Positions 20,336-29,862 of a stretch of DNA of 64,000 bases are shown here, piece after piece. Position 1 is the first letter of the stretch. Each line of letters begins with the position of its first letter. The DNA lies in contig CAWCAG010000009.1 of assembly GCA_963793425.1 (NCBI GenBank), forward strand, positions 992,001-1,056,000, in the 5' to 3' direction. The position numbers were made by a program, and so were the translations under genes. The notes beneath the pieces are model-generated. The model worked only from the letters and a program-made list of their open reading frames with translations, had not been told where the DNA came from and made no database searches. The DNA comes from an uncultured cyanobacterium (GTDB lineage Bacteria > Cyanobacteriota > Cyanobacteriia > Cyanobacteriales > CAWCAG01).

Positions 20336-20592
20336 TAGCAGTTATAAAATAGAAGTTATTGCTTATTGTTGAGTTGTTTTCTGGCAATAACTAATATTTT
20401 ACTAAATTTTCAATTTTCTCGTCGGTATCGCTTGTTTTTTGCCAATAAGAGTTAGATATCCCAGGCGAAAATCGTGGTTTTTGCTAATAGCTAGTGGAAG
20501 CATAGAAATAGACCAAATGTACCTCATGAGTCTAAGAATTGCGATAAAACTACTTATTATTTGTTACTTATTACTTATTACTTAAACTAAAG

Positions 20593-20674
20593 TGGGCAAG
20601 GAGAGACTCGAACTCTCATGACCGGGGCCGCCACATTTTGAGTGTGGTGCGTCTACCAATTCCGCCACTTGCCC
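20593..20674 (-). tRNA. trnL: tRNA-Leu(CAA)
   Basis: GGGCAAGTGGCGGAATTGGTAGACGCACCACACTCAAAATGTGGCGGCCCCGGTCATGAGAGTTCGAGTCTCTCCTTGCCCA; cloverleaf with long variable arm; CCA not encoded. Confidence 0.95.
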
Positions 20675-21528
20675 TTAGCATTGTCTTTATCATTATAATC
20701 TTTTTCGCGCAATTGCATCAAAGTTTGATATTGATTAGAGCTAGCCCAGCGATCTATTTTCTCTGCCCGAATCACGGGGACTGGGTGGGTTAATTGGGCT
20801 GTCTGAGCAGTTTTGAGCATTTCCCCAAGCTGAGTTTCTCCCACCGCATCATAAGCCCTTGCTTGCTCAATAAAAGCGTCCAAATTCAATTGAGGAGCGA
20901 GTTTAGGGGAACCCCCGGCTAACTTCATTAATACCGACATCACCACTTTGGGATCTTGAGTTGCTAAAAGTGCTGCGCGATCGCAACTAAATTCTGCACA
21001 ACGTACCCATTCCTGCATTTGTTCTTGGATATTTTGAGCAATAACCGTTCCCCAAACAGGCAGGAAATTAGCAGCTAAGGCGAGAATGTTCGCTAACGTT
21101 AGGTATACTCCATGTTCACATTTGAGATGACCCAACTCGTGAGCAATTACCGCCTGAATCTCTTCTGGAGTGAGCATATCTATCAAAGAAGTGTGCATCA
21201 CCATAAAAGGCTGCCTCCCTCGCATCGCCAAGGTATAAGCATTAGGGGCAGGATTTTGTTGTACATAAAGTTGAGGCGGTTCTAAATCGAGAACTTCGCA
21301 AGCTTCAATGAGTAGCTTATGGAGGTGAGGCAGTTGCTTTTCGCTAACTTGGACACTAGAAGCGATATTGTTCAAGAAAAAGAACTGTTCGGCCACCGAA
21401 CCAATTATACTTCTAATCGCTACGTCCAAACCTGGTATTTGCTTTAAGCTTCTGGTGGCTTGCAAATCCAAAGGATGGCGAAATTCGTCGGCTTTAAGAC
21501 CAATTAGTAGAGTTTTAGTAAATTCCAT
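20653..21528 (-). CDS. M48-family zinc metallopeptidase
   Basis: PNAYT, AHELGH, AEFSCDR and THP motifs; likely start 21528 because the upstream extension is repeat-derived. Confidence 0.92.
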   Translation of the reverse strand: MEFTKTLLIGLKADEFRHPLDLQATRSLKQIPGLDVAIRSIIGSVAEQFFFLNNIASSVQVSEKQLPHLHKLLIEACEVLDLEPPQLYVQQNPAPNAYTLAMRGRQPFMVMHTSLIDMLTPEEIQAVIAHELGHLKCEHGVYLTLANILALAANFLPVWGTVIAQNIQEQMQEWVRCAEFSCDRAALLATQDPKVVMSVLMKLAGGSPKLAPQLNLDAFIEQARAYDAVGETQLGEMLKTAQTAQLTHPVPVIRAEKIDRWASSNQYQTLMQLREKDYNDKDNAKGKWRNW

Positions 21529-21531
21529 TGT

Positions 21532-21652
21532 AGGGGGAGGCTGGGGAGATAGGGAGCTGGGGAGATAGGGAGCTGGGGAGCTAGGGTGATGGGGAGCTAG
21601 GGTGATGGGGAGAAAACTATTAGCCATTAGCCACTAGCCATTAGCAATTAGT
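21532..21652. repeat. Short tandem repeats (GGGAGCTG/GGGAGATA octamers; TAGCCAT heptamers)
   Basis: Seen directly in the intergenic region. Confidence 0.7.
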
Positions 21653-21654
21653 AA

Positions 21655-22011
21655 TTAAACCCCAAAAGATTTACCGCAACCACAGGTTTGATTGGCATTG
21701 GGGTTAGTAAATTGGAAACCACCACCAATTAAGGCATCACTATAATCAAGCATTAAGCCATAAAGGTAAAGAATACTTTTGGGATCACAAATGATTTTGA
21801 AGCCATTGTAATCAAAAACCTCATCATTATCGCGAATCTTATTAGGCTCTTCAAAATCCATCATATAGGACATTCCGGAACAACCACCATTGCGTACACC
21901 TACCCGCAAACAGAGGTCTTTTCCTTGTTGGTTTCTCAGCATCATGACGTGCTTGAGAGCATTTTCTGATAATTGAATCCCTTTTTGAGGTAGCTTAGTT
22001 GCTTGTGTCAT
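21655..22011 (-). CDS. Fe-S cluster assembly A-type carrier (SufA/IscA, HesB family)
   Basis: LRVGVRNGGCSGMSY and NPNANQTCGCGKSF motifs. Confidence 0.95.
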   Translation of the reverse strand: MTQATKLPQKGIQLSENALKHVMMLRNQQGKDLCLRVGVRNGGCSGMSYMMDFEEPNKIRDNDEVFDYNGFKIICDPKSILYLYGLMLDYSDALIGGGFQFTNPNANQTCGCGKSFGV

Positions 22012-22216
22012 CTGTATGAGTAACTCCTAAATTATTTTGATCTGCTGAGTTAAATTTTAGTATCCCGATAATCTTATACTTCTATTTTAACTGGGAATTT
22101 TGCCAAGGAATTTCTAGATGTCAAGGAAAAAGTTGGTTTGTTTCTTATACTAACTACATACCAATAGGAAACTGGCTTGATAGAAAACCTTTTTTCCATG
22201 CAACTGACGAGGTTCT

Positions 22217-23854
22217 ATGAGCGCTCTAAATCCCACGACCAAGCGTCGTCTCAAGAAAATACCCCAAATCAATAGTGTTTGGGAAGGTGATTGTCGTCCC
22301 TTATCAATTTTAGCCAAAAAAATTGACCCAGATGCCCAAGGGAACGAACAATGTATTATTTGGGTAGATGGCTCAGAAGGTATTGTTAGAGCTATGGACT
22401 TGGTTTCCCCAGAAATGGGACAAGAAGCCATTGTACGCACTTTGTTAAGGGCGATAGAAACCCCTCAAAGCCCAGCCTCACCAGCCCGCCCCCAAAAGAT
22501 TATCTTGCGCGATCGCGAAATTCAATTTCTGCTGCGAGGAGTTTTACAAGGTTTAGATATCAGCGTTGATTATGTTCCTCAACTACCTGTTATAGAAGAG
22601 TTTTTCCATGGTATTGACTCCCTTAGCGACAACAGCCCTCCTACTATCCCTTCTCAGTATCAAGAATTGTTATGGAAAACTGCTGAGGAGATTTGGCAAG
22701 AAGCTCCTTGGGAAGTACTCGCAGATCACAATATCATTGCCATCAAGCTGAATCGCTGGGATACTGATACCCTCTATGTTTCTGTCATGGGAATGTTGGG
22801 GAGGGAGTATGGAGTTCTCTTTTACCGTTCCTTAGAATCTCTGCGCCGCTTTCGTGCTGCCGTTGTCGCGGAAGAATCTTTAGAGCGATTAGAAAGTGCT
22901 TTTTTAGCCCAAGATTGTTGGTTCGTTAACTTTGAGTTCCCTGAAGAAGAGCTAGAAACTGAAGATAATTTAGTTACTTTAAATTTAGCAGATGCTCATC
23001 CTCGCTTCGGCAGCATACATCCTTATGAGGGAATGCGACCTTTTTTGGATGAAGAAGAAGCTTTGGTGGTTTATGTCGCCCTCAAAGCCTTAGCAAGGTT
23101 CATGAATAAGCATTATGATCTTTTAGATAGCGATGATTTTGAAGCTTTTAGCAAGAGTTACCGCATTCCTCTCCCTGAAGGTCAGTCACAAAAAACGGTG
23201 GCTATAGAAGTTTCTACTATGCCAGAGTTGTCTTCTGAGTTGTTTAGCTTGATGGAACAAGCTGAATTAGATGAGTTTGATTCAGAAGAAGAAGATTCCA
23301 TACCTTTACAAAGTGACTTAATTCCTGAAGATGCTTGGCGCAGTTTGGGAATGGTTTCTCCTCAGTGGCTAGAGGCGGTACGTAAAAATAGCAAGAAGTA
23401 TTACCAATCTCAAGAAGCACCCCAACTAGAAGAAGGAATGCCGGCGATTTTAGTGCAAACCTCTCTACCTAAAGCTAAAGCTATTATGGAGCAAATCAAA
23501 GCTGATGGAGGATTAAAAGCAATTTGTTTCAACCCAGGAGAAGATCCCTCAACGGAAACAAATTATGAGTTGGGAATGTTACAAGCTGCCAATGGCAATT
23601 TGTACTTATTTGGGGAGTTTGTGAGCGAAGATCCCGCTTTTAGTAAAGACCTGTGGCAATGGCAAAAAAACTGTCAAAGTAATAAAAACTATTGTAGTTT
23701 TATTCTCGCTAGAGGTTTAAGGGGGGCTTCTCGCGGTAACCCTCAAATTTCTGATCTGGTGGCTTTATTTGAAGTTAAAGTCATTTCTGCCCAGGAATTG
23801 GGTATAGGAATGTTGCAACTAACCCCTCAAATCAGTTTTGAATTAGATTGGTGA
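22217..23854 (+). CDS. Conserved cyanobacterial hypothetical protein (DUF6930-like)
   Basis: 545-aa acidic ORF; SVMGMLGREYG motif; family name from recall only. Confidence 0.7.
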   Translation: MSALNPTTKRRLKKIPQINSVWEGDCRPLSILAKKIDPDAQGNEQCIIWVDGSEGIVRAMDLVSPEMGQEAIVRTLLRAIETPQSPASPARPQKIILRDREIQFLLRGVLQGLDISVDYVPQLPVIEEFFHGIDSLSDNSPPTIPSQYQELLWKTAEEIWQEAPWEVLADHNIIAIKLNRWDTDTLYVSVMGMLGREYGVLFYRSLESLRRFRAAVVAEESLERLESAFLAQDCWFVNFEFPEEELETEDNLVTLNLADAHPRFGSIHPYEGMRPFLDEEEALVVYVALKALARFMNKHYDLLDSDDFEAFSKSYRIPLPEGQSQKTVAIEVSTMPELSSELFSLMEQAELDEFDSEEEDSIPLQSDLIPEDAWRSLGMVSPQWLEAVRKNSKKYYQSQEAPQLEEGMPAILVQTSLPKAKAIMEQIKADGGLKAICFNPGEDPSTETNYELGMLQAANGNLYLFGEFVSEDPAFSKDLWQWQKNCQSNKNYCSFILARGLRGASRGNPQISDLVALFEVKVISAQELGIGMLQLTPQISFELDW

Positions 23855-23864
23855 TTATCAATGA

Positions 23865-25028
23865 TCAATGATCAGTTGAATCGACGATTTTGTCCTCGAC
23901 TATGGCGTAGCCCCAGTGGGGATTTTGGTTTATTTGTTTGGTGACTAAACTTTTGCCGATGGGTGTGTGGTACATTCCTGCTAATGATTCGATGCTTGGG
24001 CGAGTTTGTGAGACTGTTTCCTCTTCCTTTGTTTGAGGCTTTTCTTCCTCTTGTGGTAAAGAAAATTGAGGGGCAATTTGTTCTAACTTAGCAATCACGC
24101 TTGCTTTGGTAACTTGATTTTTGGCAGTAAAAGAAGGGGGTAAATTAGGGGTTGTTACTCCCATTTCTTTGGCTTTAATTGCTTCGTCAGCTAGGCGATC
24201 GCACTTACGCAAAAATCCTGCCCAGAGATCCTTCGCTAAAACGGGGTTTCTTAAGTCTGCCCGCGCCCTAGCTACAGCACTTTCTAAGGGTTCTCCTTTT
24301 TGAAGATAATATTGGGTACGTTCTTCTTCTAGGGCAGGATAAGCAACCCCCGGTTCCACTTCCCACTCTTGTTGTACTTTTTGACTTGTGCCGAAAGGAA
24401 TACCTTGATTAAATTCTTCCCAATAGGGAGAAATTATCCCTTTACTGATGCTATCAATAATTTTAAATACCCAGCCAGAAGGATTGGAAAAACCAAGGTT
24501 TTTGGCATAGTTAAATAAAGCTTTTTGAAATGCCTCAAACTCTTGAGAAGTTTGCCAAGGGCCACTAAATTGGTAATGAGGGGTAACTTGAACAGAAATA
24601 GGTTGGCGACGTACAGGAAAGAAGGGATCGCTTTTAACTTTTGCTACTAATTTTGTTGGGGTAAAAGCTACGGTATCAGAGTTAGTTAAAAGCCGCTCCA
24701 AAACTTGCCAATCAATGATCAACTCCCAAAGTTCATCCTCTTGATTGATAAGTTGAAATTGTAGAAGCGATCGCCCCCGAAGTTGGTTTCTAGCCAAGTC
24801 TTGCTCAACACTACTCATACCAGTTATTGTCGTCATTTCTTCAGTGGTAATTTGCACAGCATTTTGGCCCTTTGGTAGATTAAATTGACGTTGTATAATC
24901 TCTCCCAAAAAAACTGCTGTCACCACACCCCCTGTAGCTTTTGCTAATTGGGGATAATAAATTTGGGGAGCAGTCAAATATTGCCAAAATACCTCTAATT
25001 TCACTTTGCCTTGTACCTTAAATAACAA
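23865..25028 (-). CDS. Hypothetical protein with replication-protein-like N-terminal wHTH
   Basis: 387-aa ORF; YYPQLAKATGGVVTAVFL...EEMTTITGMSSVEQDLARNQL; start uncertain. Confidence 0.65.
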   Translation of the reverse strand: MLFKVQGKVKLEVFWQYLTAPQIYYPQLAKATGGVVTAVFLGEIIQRQFNLPKGQNAVQITTEEMTTITGMSSVEQDLARNQLRGRSLLQFQLINQEDELWELIIDWQVLERLLTNSDTVAFTPTKLVAKVKSDPFFPVRRQPISVQVTPHYQFSGPWQTSQEFEAFQKALFNYAKNLGFSNPSGWVFKIIDSISKGIISPYWEEFNQGIPFGTSQKVQQEWEVEPGVAYPALEEERTQYYLQKGEPLESAVARARADLRNPVLAKDLWAGFLRKCDRLADEAIKAKEMGVTTPNLPPSFTAKNQVTKASVIAKLEQIAPQFSLPQEEEKPQTKEEETVSQTRPSIESLAGMYHTPIGKSLVTKQINQNPHWGYAIVEDKIVDSTDH

Positions 25029-25146
25029 CTTTCGTGGAGAATTTAGCTATAAATCCGGTTGATTTATTTCTTTGGGTGTATACATCAATAATTCCATTAG
25101 CTTTATAATAATCAACTTATCAAAAGGATTGATTGATCCTCCACCT

Positions 25147-26112
25147 ATGCCTAGTTATCCTGGAATATCTAGCGAAGCCTTCATACACCCCCTCGATAGA
25201 GAAGCAGAACAAACCCTGCGTCGCGTTCCTGGCTTTGAGATTCTCTCCCGCAGTTTTGTGGAGTTTCTTTATGAACGACCCCAACACGTTTATTTATTAG
25301 GTAATGCCATCCAAGCAAGCCCAAGGCAATATTCTACTATTTATGGCATCGCTCGTGAATGTATTCGAGATTTAGATGTTGTTCCTGAGCCATTATTATT
25401 TGTTAGCCAAAATGCTCAAGCTAATAGTTATTCTTTAGGGAGAGAACAACCCCATATAATTCTCAATACAGGATTATTAGACTTACTTGAGGAGCAGGAA
25501 ATTCGCACGATTATCGCCAGGGAATTAGGGCATATTAAGTGCGAACATACGACCTTAAGGCAAATGTCTCTTTGGGCTATGAATGCTGCTTCTATGTTAG
25601 GAGACATGACTTTAGGGTTAGGCAATCTCCTTAGTAGTGGTTTGCTTTACGCTTTTTATGAATGGCGTCATAAAGCCGAACTTTCAGCAGACAGGGCCGC
25701 TTTATTAGTTATTGATGATCTTCCCACCATTTTAAAAACCATGATGAAATTAGCTGGGGGATCTGCAAAATATGCTCAGGAAATCAGTTTAGCTGAATTT
25801 ATCCGCCAAGGTAAAAACTATCAAGAATTAGACCGAGATAGTTTCAAAGAAATTTATAAATTTTTGCTTTACAATGGGGGCAATAATTCCTTTTTGACTC
25901 ATCCTTTTCCCGTAGAACGCATTCATTACTTAGAGGAATGGTCAACCTCTCCAGAATACAATCGCCTTCGTCAGGGTAGTTATCAAAGTGGAAAATCCCC
26001 AGGAAGTGTAGAAGAGAACGACAAAGCCTCAGAAGATGAAGTGAGTAGGTTACAAGAGCAAATTGAGAGACTGAAAGCGGAAATACATAAAGTGAAGTCT
26101 CAAGGAAGATAA
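25147..26112 (+). CDS. M48-family peptidase paralogue with altered zinc motif
   Basis: ANSYSLG, ARELGH, AELSADR and THP motifs; C-terminal coiled coil; likely start 25147. Confidence 0.85.
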   Translation: MPSYPGISSEAFIHPLDREAEQTLRRVPGFEILSRSFVEFLYERPQHVYLLGNAIQASPRQYSTIYGIARECIRDLDVVPEPLLFVSQNAQANSYSLGREQPHIILNTGLLDLLEEQEIRTIIARELGHIKCEHTTLRQMSLWAMNAASMLGDMTLGLGNLLSSGLLYAFYEWRHKAELSADRAALLVIDDLPTILKTMMKLAGGSAKYAQEISLAEFIRQGKNYQELDRDSFKEIYKFLLYNGGNNSFLTHPFPVERIHYLEEWSTSPEYNRLRQGSYQSGKSPGSVEENDKASEDEVSRLQEQIERLKAEIHKVKSQGR

Positions 26113-26433
26113 GAGTTTTTACGTAAGTAAGATACTTGGTTTTTGTCTATTTCTTATGAAGAAATGACTAGCTGTTTCGGAGTTGCCTCTTCAATAAGAA
26201 ATAGTATATGTTTAAGCTAAGAAAAGGTGAAATTAATTGGTATAAACCAGCAGCTTCTTCAATTTTTAGTCGCAACTACCAAACATTTTAAATAGTCAGC
26301 AAAAAAAATCTGCTCTTCGGATCAGAATTGATTTGTAGCCCCAACAAGCAATAAACACCAAAACCGCATCACTCAGCAGAATGAATAACTTTTAAGCGTC
26401 AACACTTAAGAAGAGAGTTGACATTTCTTTAGT

Positions 26434-27738
26434 ATGGTAAGCATGGATGAGCTAAAAAAAGAGAAAAGTTACAAGGCTAAATTACTTAAGCCAAAGATTG
26501 ATCTTGCTCAAGCTTATATCTATAGCTTTTTCTTAACTCTGGTCAACGAAAAAGAACCAGCTAAAGTCCTTAAAGAATTTCAACTCCTGTTTTTTGATTA
26601 TTACGCTACTGAAGAAAATAGTGAAGCCGTTAGTGCCTTAGCAGAAATTCTCTTTGCTAACGATGAAGAAGCTTTTTTAAATACAATTAAACGCTGTTGC
26701 TACATCTTAATCAACAACTGGGAAAGAGACAGAGAAAAAGAAGCTATTCAGAAATTTGTTCAAGCTTTCTTAAATGAAGATTTTGACCAAGAACCAACTA
26801 ATCAAGTAACAAGTCGCCTTGACGCTTGGTTAAAACATTTTGTTGAAAGTAAATACTTTGCTGAAATTAATATTTTCAAAACCAGCCAAGCTGAGCCAAA
26901 AACAGAACATTGGAGCAAAAGATATAATTCTTACTTACTAGTTAATCAATATCTCAACACCAATAATTCCGCAGAACAAAGGGAAGCTGCTAAATTACTA
27001 TCTCAAGAGTTAAGAAATAAGTTCAAATTCGATTTAGCTATGTATACTGCCCGTTCCGAGGCTAGCCATACCACGGAAGATAACGCTGAAAATCCCACTA
27101 ATCTTGGTAAAGAAGCTCTACAACTAATTAAGAAAGTTTTAGCTAAACAAAAACATTTTGATTATGATAAATTAGCTAATATTTTCAACAAGCAAATACC
27201 AGGACTTCGTTACAGAAGTTTCAAGACTTATTTAGCTAACTACCTTTTATATACTTTAGAAGGAGAAAAAACCACTAAAGCGATCAGAAATCAGTTAAAT
27301 AAAAAGCTTGATTTTCTCTATGAAGAGTACGATGATTGTTTTCTTGATGATTCATTAATACTGCGTAGTTGCAATCGTGTTATCGATTATTTAACCTTAG
27401 AAAGTGAAAATAGTCCTGGGGAAATATTTATTCTTCTCATGTCCCAAGAAGATCGGCTATCTTTAGTGATTATTATGCTCAAGCTGATTTTATTTTGTCC
27501 TTATTCTCGTACTCACTTAGAAACTAGAGTTGGTGAATTAATTGAATATTACAACGATTTTCCAGAAGCGGATTGTAAGTGGTTAGTACATTTTTTTGAT
27601 ATTTTTCAAATCATTTTCACGATTTTTGCTGATAGTGAGGTTGAATATAATCTGATCAAAGTCAAAGAAGATCCAGGATTTTCTTTAGATAGTTATCGTA
27701 TTTTTTCTATGTATAGGAAGTCACCTAAAACTGTTTAG
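26434..27738 (+). CDS. Conserved hypothetical protein
   Basis: 434-aa ORF; RCCYILINNW, KFDLAMY and NPTNLG motifs. Confidence 0.75.
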   Translation: MVSMDELKKEKSYKAKLLKPKIDLAQAYIYSFFLTLVNEKEPAKVLKEFQLLFFDYYATEENSEAVSALAEILFANDEEAFLNTIKRCCYILINNWERDREKEAIQKFVQAFLNEDFDQEPTNQVTSRLDAWLKHFVESKYFAEINIFKTSQAEPKTEHWSKRYNSYLLVNQYLNTNNSAEQREAAKLLSQELRNKFKFDLAMYTARSEASHTTEDNAENPTNLGKEALQLIKKVLAKQKHFDYDKLANIFNKQIPGLRYRSFKTYLANYLLYTLEGEKTTKAIRNQLNKKLDFLYEEYDDCFLDDSLILRSCNRVIDYLTLESENSPGEIFILLMSQEDRLSLVIIMLKLILFCPYSRTHLETRVGELIEYYNDFPEADCKWLVHFFDIFQIIFTIFADSEVEYNLIKVKEDPGFSLDSYRIFSMYRKSPKTV

Positions 27739-27851
27739 CCTGTTTTAATATTTCCTCCACAACAGGAATGACCATAAAACGCCAACCTCAACTATTAAGG
27801 GACGTTTTACGGGACTCATGCCAACTACGGTAAATCAAAGCAAAGCTGATT

Positions 27852-28025
27852 TTATTGAGAATCTCCCAAAGAAATATCTTCTCCTAAAGGATTTTCTAAC
27901 TCGTCGCCTAAGAGTAAAGACATTTGTTCCAAGAGTTCTGTGTCTTCTTCATTTAAGTCGTCTTGTTGAGGATTGTGGGCAATGATGGGAAGATTCACTT
28001 CGTATAAGACTTTGGTCAATGACAT
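27852..28025 (-). CDS. Candidate small acidic protein (57 aa)
   Basis: MSLTKVLYEVNLPIIAHNPQQDDLNEEDTELLEQMSLLLGDELENPLGEDISLGDSQ, translated by hand; below the ORF-track cutoff. Confidence 0.4.
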   Translation of the reverse strand: MSLTKVLYEVNLPIIAHNPQQDDLNEEDTELLEQMSLLLGDELENPLGEDISLGDSQ

Positions 28026-28353
28026 GGCTTTTTCTCGTACTTACTTAGGTTTTTATATTCTCAGAGATTTTTCTTCTTGATTCATTGACCTAAATCAGGA
28101 AAAAAGTGTGAATATCCTCAGTAAGAATGATGATGCAGGTAAAGTGGTTTTGGCGATCGCAATTCGACTTTTGTCGGATCTAAGTCACAAGATGCAGAGT
28201 CTAAAGCTTCTGTCCCCCAATCAGTAATCCTCCTTTAGGGGAGCTTTAGCTAAAGTTACTGCTCAAATGTTCCCAACCTTTTCTAGCATTTAGTTTTGGA
28301 TGATATTTATGTTTTTTAAACAGAGACGCTGCAAGCAACGCCTCTTTTTTCAC

Positions 28354-29826
28354 CTATTCTTCCTTAATTGCAATATCTAAAGTTTCTACTTCCACATCCA
28401 ATTCTTGTAAAGGTGGTTGAATCTCTTCTCCATTTCCTACAACAATGGTCACAATCTGCTCTGGTTGCAGATATTTTTGAGCTACCCTTTGAATATCGGC
28501 AATGGTAGTTGCTTTAACTTGACGCTGATACTCAAAAATAAAATCAGCCGGATAACCGTAATATTCATAACGCATCAACCGAGATAGGGTTTGACTAGGA
28601 TCGGCGAAGTTGAAGACAAAAGAATTAAGGATTGATTCTTTGGCATTGGCTAATTCCTGGGCCGTTATTGGTTCTGTACGTAGCTTAGCAATTTCCGCTT
28701 TAATCGATTTAATAAAAGGAACCGTTGCCTCTGAACGAGTTTGTCCCCCAGCAATAAAAATGCCAGGATAGTCATAGCGGGGACTCCAAAAACCATAGAC
28801 AGAATAAGCTAAACCTTGACGTGATCGCACTTCGTTAAATAAACGCCCTCCAAAGCCGTTGAGGACTTCATTCATGACGTTAAGTTCAGGATAGTCAGGG
28901 TTATCAAATTGACCCCCAAGATGCCCTAGGAGGATGTTACTTTGGGTTAATTGAGGTTGGTTGACAAAAAATATGCCGTTACTATTTTTCTGGGTTGCTT
29001 GGGGAACTGTGAGTTTGTTTTCCCCGGAGGCAGGTTGCCAATCACCAAACTTAGCCTCGATTAACTCTTTGACTTCCTGGGCATTAAAGTCCCCAACAAT
29101 GCCCAAAATGACATCTTCGGGGTGGAAGTATTGGTTGTAATAATCCACTAAGTCCTGGCGTTCAATATTACCTAAAGTGGCATACTCTGTAGTACGAGCG
29201 TAGGGACTTTCTTGCCCATAAACCAGTTTTCTAAACTCCCTGCTGGCAATAGCCCCAGGATCATCATTGCGACGGGCAATGTTACCCTGTTCTTGGGTTT
29301 TAGCTAGTTCTATTTTAGCTTCACTGAAAGCGGGGGAACGCAACACCTCTGCAAAGAGAGCAAATACTGTAGGAAAATCTTCGCTTAAGGCACTGAAACT
29401 ACCACCGCCAGAACTATCACCGATAAAAGTTTCTACCGAAGCTGCCCTTTGTTCGAGCATTTCGTTTAACTGATCAGGAGGATGTTTCATGGTTCCCCCG
29501 GTACGCATAACTGTCCCCGTTATTTGGGCTAAACCAGTTTCATTGCCATCTTCCCAACGCGAACCTGTACGAATGATCGCACTACCGCCAACTAAAGGCA
29601 GTTCTTTATCTTCGATTAGATAAATTACCATACCATTATTAAGTTCGTAGCGTTCGTACTCCGGTAACTTAACCTCTGGTAAGGGGGGAAATTCTAATTG
29701 ATCGTGGTATTTGGCTGTAGCTGCTAGGGAAAAGTTGGTTTCCCCCCCACCAATAACTACCAAAAATACTGTGAGGATAACTATTCCCAGCCAACTGAAG
29801 CGCTTCATTTGTTTCTTTGTAACCAT
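28354..29826 (-). CDS. M16 peptidase, non-catalytic subunit
   Basis: M16 motifs LNNGM and RLFNEVRSRQGLAY; lacks HxxEH. Confidence 0.9.
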   Translation of the reverse strand: MVTKKQMKRFSWLGIVILTVFLVVIGGGETNFSLAATAKYHDQLEFPPLPEVKLPEYERYELNNGMVIYLIEDKELPLVGGSAIIRTGSRWEDGNETGLAQITGTVMRTGGTMKHPPDQLNEMLEQRAASVETFIGDSSGGGSFSALSEDFPTVFALFAEVLRSPAFSEAKIELAKTQEQGNIARRNDDPGAIASREFRKLVYGQESPYARTTEYATLGNIERQDLVDYYNQYFHPEDVILGIVGDFNAQEVKELIEAKFGDWQPASGENKLTVPQATQKNSNGIFFVNQPQLTQSNILLGHLGGQFDNPDYPELNVMNEVLNGFGGRLFNEVRSRQGLAYSVYGFWSPRYDYPGIFIAGGQTRSEATVPFIKSIKAEIAKLRTEPITAQELANAKESILNSFVFNFADPSQTLSRLMRYEYYGYPADFIFEYQRQVKATTIADIQRVAQKYLQPEQIVTIVVGNGEEIQPPLQELDVEVETLDIAIKEE

Positions 29827-29862
29827 TTCTTGCTTAATAGTTAGTAAATCTTCTTGTGTTGC

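Noticed and set aside
21529..21627. Pro/Ser-rich N-terminal extension of the M48 peptidase
   Set aside because: It is read-through of intergenic short repeats; the ATG at 21528 is more plausible
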